Shown here piece after piece: positions 45,797-50,007 of a stretch of 50,007 nt of DNA. The stretch lies in the NCBI GenBank assembly GCA_022616235.1, contig JAKEFC010000080.1, positions 1-50,007 of the forward strand. The letters run 5' to 3'. The position numbers and the translations under genes are program-made. Every line of letters starts with the position of its first letter. Position 1 is the stretch's first letter. Source of the stretch: Planctomycetota bacterium. GTDB taxonomy: Bacteria > Planctomycetota > UBA8108 > UBA1146 > JAKEFC01. Below the pieces are notes generated by a model that did no database searches, was not told the origin of the DNA, and saw only the letters and a list, made by a program, of their open reading frames with translations.

Positions 45797-48178
45797 ATGG
45801 AATCGAATCGAGACCGAAGTCTGCCGCTGGCGCGGCGTAGTTGCCCCCTTTCGCGCGCGCTCGCGATCGCGCTTACTCTCCTCTGTTGCGCGCTCGCCGG
45901 TGCGCAGGAGGCGCCGGCCGCCGCCGATATCGCTAGCGACGTCGCGCAAGTCGTCGAGAGGTACGGAGCGGGCGATCTCGCGACCTGCTGGGCGGGAGCG
46001 CGCGCGCTCGAAACGCTCGGCGATGGCGCCGTCGCAGAGATCCAAAAGCTGCTCGATGCATCACCCGCGCGCACGCGCCTCATGGCGATCAAGGCCCTCG
46101 TTGCGCTCGGCGCAAACGAGGATGAGCCCGCCGGCGGCTCCGGCACGGGCGCTACTTCCGTGGAGTCAAGGCTGCGCGAGATCGCCGGCGACGCCAACGG
46201 CAAAGTGGAAGATCGCGGCGCCGCGCTCGGCCTCTTGGCCGGACTCCCCTCGGAAGAGATCGACGCGTTCCTCCGAAAGCTGCTCGAGGGGGATGCCTAT
46301 TACGTTCCGGAGCTTCGCATCGCGGCCGCCGCGGCGCTCTCCCGCAACTCCAGGACGGCCGCACGCGATGCGTTGACGCCGCTCTTGGCGACGGAAGATC
46401 CCGCGACCGCTGCCGCCGCCGCGCTTGCGCTCGCTGAGCTGGGCTCCTTCGAGCCGGAGGTTCGGCGCCTGTTGCAGCGCCTGAAGGACGAGCCCTCGGA
46501 GCAGGGACGCCGCGCGCGGCTCTTGCTCGAGAACGATCACCTCCTGCGCCAGATCGAGCAAGACATGGCGCGCGGAACAGCGTCGAGCGAACCCGAGATG
46601 CACAAGACCATCGAGGGTTTGCGCCGCGATCTCGAAAAAAGCTCTCGCGAGGTGGTCGAGCTGCGCAAACGGTTGCAAGACCCGACCGACCTGCCGCCGC
46701 TCCTCGAGTCGCTGCTCTCGCAGATCAAGTCGTACTACGTCGAACCCGAGAAGCTCGACGAGAAGGAGCTGCTCGTCGAGGCCGCCAAGGGCATGGTCGC
46801 GAGCCTCGATCCCTTCTCGATGTTCATGGATGTGGCGGACACGAAGCGTTTCGCGGAGGACATGTCGGGGGAATACGCCGGAATCGGCGCTCAAGTCGGC
46901 TTGGATGGCGATACCGGTTACTTGCTCATCGTCCGGCCCGTATACAAAGGTCCCGCCCACCGGGCGGGGCTCCGCTCCAACGACAAAGTGACGGAAGTGG
47001 AGGGAATCTCCACCAAGGGAAAACAGGTCGATGAGATCACGAAGATCCTGAAGGGCGCCGCCGGCAGCAAGATCCGCTTCAAAGTGCTACGCCGCGGATG
47101 GACCGAAGAGCGAGAATTCCTGATCGCGAGGGAGACGATCCATCTGCCGCCCGTGGAGTCCGATGTGCTGCCGGGGGGCATCGGTTACGCGAGAGTGCAT
47201 CGCTTCGGGGACGATACGATGGAGGATTTCTCCGACGCGCTGGACAAGTTCGATGAGCGGCAGATTCAAGGGTTGATCATCGATCTGCGCGACAACCCCG
47301 GGGGCTACTTGCGCGACGCGGTGAACATGGTCGACGAGTTCGTGGACGACGACCCGCGGCCGATCGTACGCCAAGCGGGAAACTCCGAGGCGGCGCCATC
47401 CGAGGAGCATCTGCCGAAGAAGGGGATGCGGCGCAACTATCCGATCGTCGTTCTCGTGAACAGAGGCAGCGCGAGCGCTTCCGAGATCGTGGCCGGCGCG
47501 CTGCAAGACTACGGCCGCGCCACCATCGTCGGCCAACGTACGTTCGGAAAGGGCAGCGTGCAGAGGCTCTACGACATGCCGAGGGAGATCGCCGATTTCC
47601 TTGGCGGCGAAACGAAACTGCGACTCACGGTGCAGTACTACTATCTGCCTTCCGGCCGATCGATCCACGCGAAGCGCGACCTGGACCGGTCGATCGTCGA
47701 GGAGAACGGCGTGAAGCAGGAAGGCGGCGTCATCCCCGACCTCGATGTCGAGCAAGACGACGTGCCTCCCCATCGCGTGAGCGCGTTGGAAGAGCTGCTC
47801 AGGGTGGATGCCTTCGGCAAATACCTGGACCTCTATTCCGAGAAGCACGCCGAAGATTTCAAGAAGATCGCTGCCGTCGGAGATGGCGGGAAGACGGAAG
47901 CGTATCCGGATTTCGATAAATTCTTCGGACCTCTGAATACCTCGCACGCCACCGCCGACGACATTCGCCGCCAGCTTCGAGGCGAGATACGGCTGCGGAT
48001 CGAGGATCAGCTCGGAGAGATGTATCCGTGCGACTACGGCGAGGATTTGCAGCTCCAGCACGCGATCGTCGCCCTGCTCGGGCGTATCGACCGCGCGCCC
48101 GCCGAGATCCCGGAGTACGCCGCTTTCGCGGAGAAGATCGGCGCCGCCCCCCCCGCCCGGGAGAAGAAGGGGCTGTAG
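45797..48178 (+). CDS. S41 carboxy-terminal processing protease with N-terminal HEAT-like repeats and coiled coil
   Basis: Signal peptide; LDPFS, PDZ (GIGAQV), DLRDNPGG, SASASEIV (Ser), TFGKGSVQ (Lys); GAAGGAAG RBS. Confidence 0.92.
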   Translation: MESNRDRSLPLARRSCPLSRALAIALTLLCCALAGAQEAPAAADIASDVAQVVERYGAGDLATCWAGARALETLGDGAVAEIQKLLDASPARTRLMAIKALVALGANEDEPAGGSGTGATSVESRLREIAGDANGKVEDRGAALGLLAGLPSEEIDAFLRKLLEGDAYYVPELRIAAAAALSRNSRTAARDALTPLLATEDPATAAAAALALAELGSFEPEVRRLLQRLKDEPSEQGRRARLLLENDHLLRQIEQDMARGTASSEPEMHKTIEGLRRDLEKSSREVVELRKRLQDPTDLPPLLESLLSQIKSYYVEPEKLDEKELLVEAAKGMVASLDPFSMFMDVADTKRFAEDMSGEYAGIGAQVGLDGDTGYLLIVRPVYKGPAHRAGLRSNDKVTEVEGISTKGKQVDEITKILKGAAGSKIRFKVLRRGWTEEREFLIARETIHLPPVESDVLPGGIGYARVHRFGDDTMEDFSDALDKFDERQIQGLIIDLRDNPGGYLRDAVNMVDEFVDDDPRPIVRQAGNSEAAPSEEHLPKKGMRRNYPIVVLVNRGSASASEIVAGALQDYGRATIVGQRTFGKGSVQRLYDMPREIADFLGGETKLRLTVQYYYLPSGRSIHAKRDLDRSIVEENGVKQEGGVIPDLDVEQDDVPPHRVSALEELLRVDAFGKYLDLYSEKHAEDFKKIAAVGDGGKTEAYPDFDKFFGPLNTSHATADDIRRQLRGEIRLRIEDQLGEMYPCDYGEDLQLQHAIVALLGRIDRAPAEIPEYAAFAEKIGAAPPAREKKGL

Positions 48179-48232
48179 GCCGAGACTTGGATCTGGCCCC
48201 TGTGAGCGCTCGGAATCGCAACTAGTACGCGA

Positions 48233-48314
48233 GACGAGGCTCCGCCTCGACACCAGGGGGTTCGCGCCAGAGCCGCGACGATCGCGGGGAACGCAAGGGC
48301 CTCGACACCAGGGG
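48233..48314. repeat. REP/REPIN-like element, partial copy 3
   Basis: CGAGGC-TCC-GCCTCGACACCAGGGG..AGAGCCGCG..GCCTCGACACCAGGGG; matches the right half of copies 1 and 2. Confidence 0.7.
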
Positions 48315-48326
48315 CACAGATGAACC

Positions 48327-48367
48327 TAGGCCCAGACGAAGCGTTGCGCGCGCTTCGTCTGGGCCTA
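48327..48367. terminator. Perfect 17-bp hairpin between convergent genes (probable bidirectional terminator)
   Basis: TAGGCCCAGACGAAGCG-N7-CGCTTCGTCTGGGCCTA; no long U-tract. Confidence 0.6.
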
Positions 48368-48380
48368 AATCGCTGCGCTG

Positions 48381-48836
48381 TTACTTGCGAGCGCCGGCAG
48401 GCTTCCCTACGCCTTCGCCCTCATCGGTATCGTCGCCGTCGTCATCGGCGCCGTCATCATCGTCTTCATCGTCGTCCTCATCGTCCGCGTCTTCTACCTC
48501 GAGGACCTTGTTCGTCTTGCCGTCGATCTCCGCTTCGAGCAGCTTCGGCGCGTCGCCGTCCTTGAGGATCGTGACCTCGATCACCGCGCCGCCATTCTCG
48601 AACTCGACCATGCAGGCGATCGACTTGCCGCCGGTCGCCTTCTCGGCCTCCTTGATCGCGTCGCTCATCGAGTAGGTCGTTCCTCGCATCGCCTTCGAGA
48701 TCTCCGCGGCCTTTTGCGCCGCCTTCTTCACCGCCTTGGGCTCGGGCTGCCCGCCGCGCGCACTCGAGATCCCCCAAACGATCGTCCCCAACGCCGCCAC
48801 CAATGCCACCGCTACGGTCAAGCCAAGCTTCGTCAT
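48381..48836 (-). CDS. Exported PepSY-like protein with highly acidic tail
   Basis: AAGGAG RBS; signal/TM; SMSDAIKEAEKATGGK..EIDGKTNKVL; Asp/Glu-rich C-terminus. Confidence 0.8.
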   Translation of the reverse strand: MTKLGLTVAVALVAALGTIVWGISSARGGQPEPKAVKKAAQKAAEISKAMRGTTYSMSDAIKEAEKATGGKSIACMVEFENGGAVIEVTILKDGDAPKLLEAEIDGKTNKVLEVEDADDEDDDEDDDDGADDDGDDTDEGEGVGKPAGARK

Positions 48837-48958
48837 TCGATTGCTCCTTCCTTGGCTCCTGAGGTCAAGCAACGTACGCGCAACTCCCTCCTCCGTGAAG
48901 TGTCTTCCCAATGATCTCGCTCTAATCCTCGCCTAATCATGGCGCGGGCCGGTTGGCA

Positions 48959-50007
48959 CTACTTCGGCACTACCGGCTGCGCCTTACGGCGTTGGTCGCC
49001 TATGAGCTGGCGCACTTCGTCGACCGTGAGAGATTTTATGCGGAGGTCCGCGTGCAGGACGTTTACCCTGCCCGCTTGCGCAAGCTCGAACCTCTCGTGC
49101 AAGAGAATGACTGCTGGAGGTGCATTGGAGTCGAACCCGCCCGCGAGGTACACGTAGTCCGAGTTCTCATCGATCCATCTCGCCAGCTCCTTCGCGCTGG
49201 CATGCGCTTGCGCCGGCGGAGTTCGTGTTCCGCTTCCCGGAACGACGAACAGAAAGGGATCCAATCCTTGCTGGGTCTCGACGAGCTCGCCGAGGCTGCC
49301 GGGATAGCGCCCCGCCCGCTCGATGGCATGAGACGCCAACATCTGCCCGATCACGGCAAGATTATTGACAGTCGCCACACTCTCCGTACGTCGGTGCGCC
49401 CCGAAGAAAGCTGGCACCGCCAGCGCAGCCACGAACGAGGTCGCCACGATCGCCGTCATCACGTTGAAGTCGAGGAGAGTCGAACCAGGAAACGGACTCA
49501 CGCTGTGCGAGTAGGTGCCGGCGTCGTCGCTCCAAGACGCTTGACCCGCCGGCGCCAAGTGGGTCTTCAGCTCCGGAAGGATCGGCAACACGAGTGGAGG
49601 CGTCTTGCAGCCGAACATGTCCATTATCCCGAAGGCCAATTGCGAGACACAGAGCAGCATGCCGTAGGAGCCTGGCACGGTGCGCGGCAGGTCGTGAAAT
49701 ACGAAGCTCTCGAACTGCTTGCCGCCGAGGCGTTGGCGCAAGGCAAGGAAGTCCGGGTTCTCGAGTATCGATTTTCCCTTGCGCGCGGCCTGCTCCGCCG
49801 CGGCGACGACGATTTGCGGATAGAGACCGGCGTAGAGGCACCCGTCGCGAATACACCACGCCGGCGCAACGTAAGGCAGCGAAAAATAGTGCAGGTTGGT
49901 CTCGCCGACGCGGCTGATCTCGAAGGCGAATTGGACGCGCTCGCGGCGGAGCGATTTCGCAATCAGCGCATTCACGAACGTTTCGATCTGGCCGCCGATC
50001 TTCTCCA
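48959..50007 (-). CDS. Hypothetical protein, 5'-truncated by the window; ends in a pilin-like helix and an H-X9-DG-like domain
   Basis: Hydrophobic helix AIVATSFVAALAVPAF, then NNLAVIG..GRYPGSL and GRVNVLHADL; ORF open at the window edge. Confidence 0.7.
   Translation of the reverse strand, partial: EKIGGQIETFVNALIAKSLRRERVQFAFEISRVGETNLHYFSLPYVAPAWCIRDGCLYAGLYPQIVVAAAEQAARKGKSILENPDFLALRQRLGGKQFESFVFHDLPRTVPGSYGMLLCVSQLAFGIMDMFGCKTPPLVLPILPELKTHLAPAGQASWSDDAGTYSHSVSPFPGSTLLDFNVMTAIVATSFVAALAVPAFFGAHRRTESVATVNNLAVIGQMLASHAIERAGRYPGSLGELVETQQGLDPFLFVVPGSGTRTPPAQAHASAKELARWIDENSDYVYLAGGFDSNAPPAVILLHERFELAQAGRVNVLHADLRIKSLTVDEVRQLIGDQRRKAQPVVPK

Overview
High-GC bacterial chromosomal segment, almost all on the - strand and mostly housekeeping. 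A Planctomycetota-like origin is inferred from the ThrS insert, the H-X9-DG-like C-terminus of the last ORF and the TPR/HEAT-decorated secreted proteins. Contents in order: sppA, hpt, an upp-like PRTase, a large Arg/Tyr/His-rich TPR protein, a REC-HisKA sensor, vanZ-like, pyrC-pyrB-pyrR, an MnmE-like GTPase, coaX, pilT, obgE, rpmA, rplU, rne/rng, a pilM-N-O-(TPR/PilP-like)-Q operon, an hpf-ptsN-yvcK-ptsH-ptsI block, truA, asd, a 38-aa membrane microprotein, thrS, dinB, a six-gene accessory operon, rsmG, an EboF-like phosphodiesterase, dus, comM/yifB, an S41 protease, a PepSY-like protein and a partial hypothetical gene. The best candidate for an undescribed system is the accessory operon (34445-39809). 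It encodes a DcaP-like porin, a secreted transglutaminase-like protein, a Zn-finger-TusA fusion, DsrE, a TusA-OsmC fusion and a single-barrel MetE-like Zn enzyme, and is preceded by a possible His-rich leader ORF with an anti-SD tract. Two non-coding repeat families are present: ~180-bp MITE-like direct repeats that sit right at the ptsI start and stop codons, and a palindromic REP/REPIN-like element at three intergenic sites. No rRNA, tRNA, CRISPR array or transposase was seen. All calls come from reading motifs by eye, without database searches.
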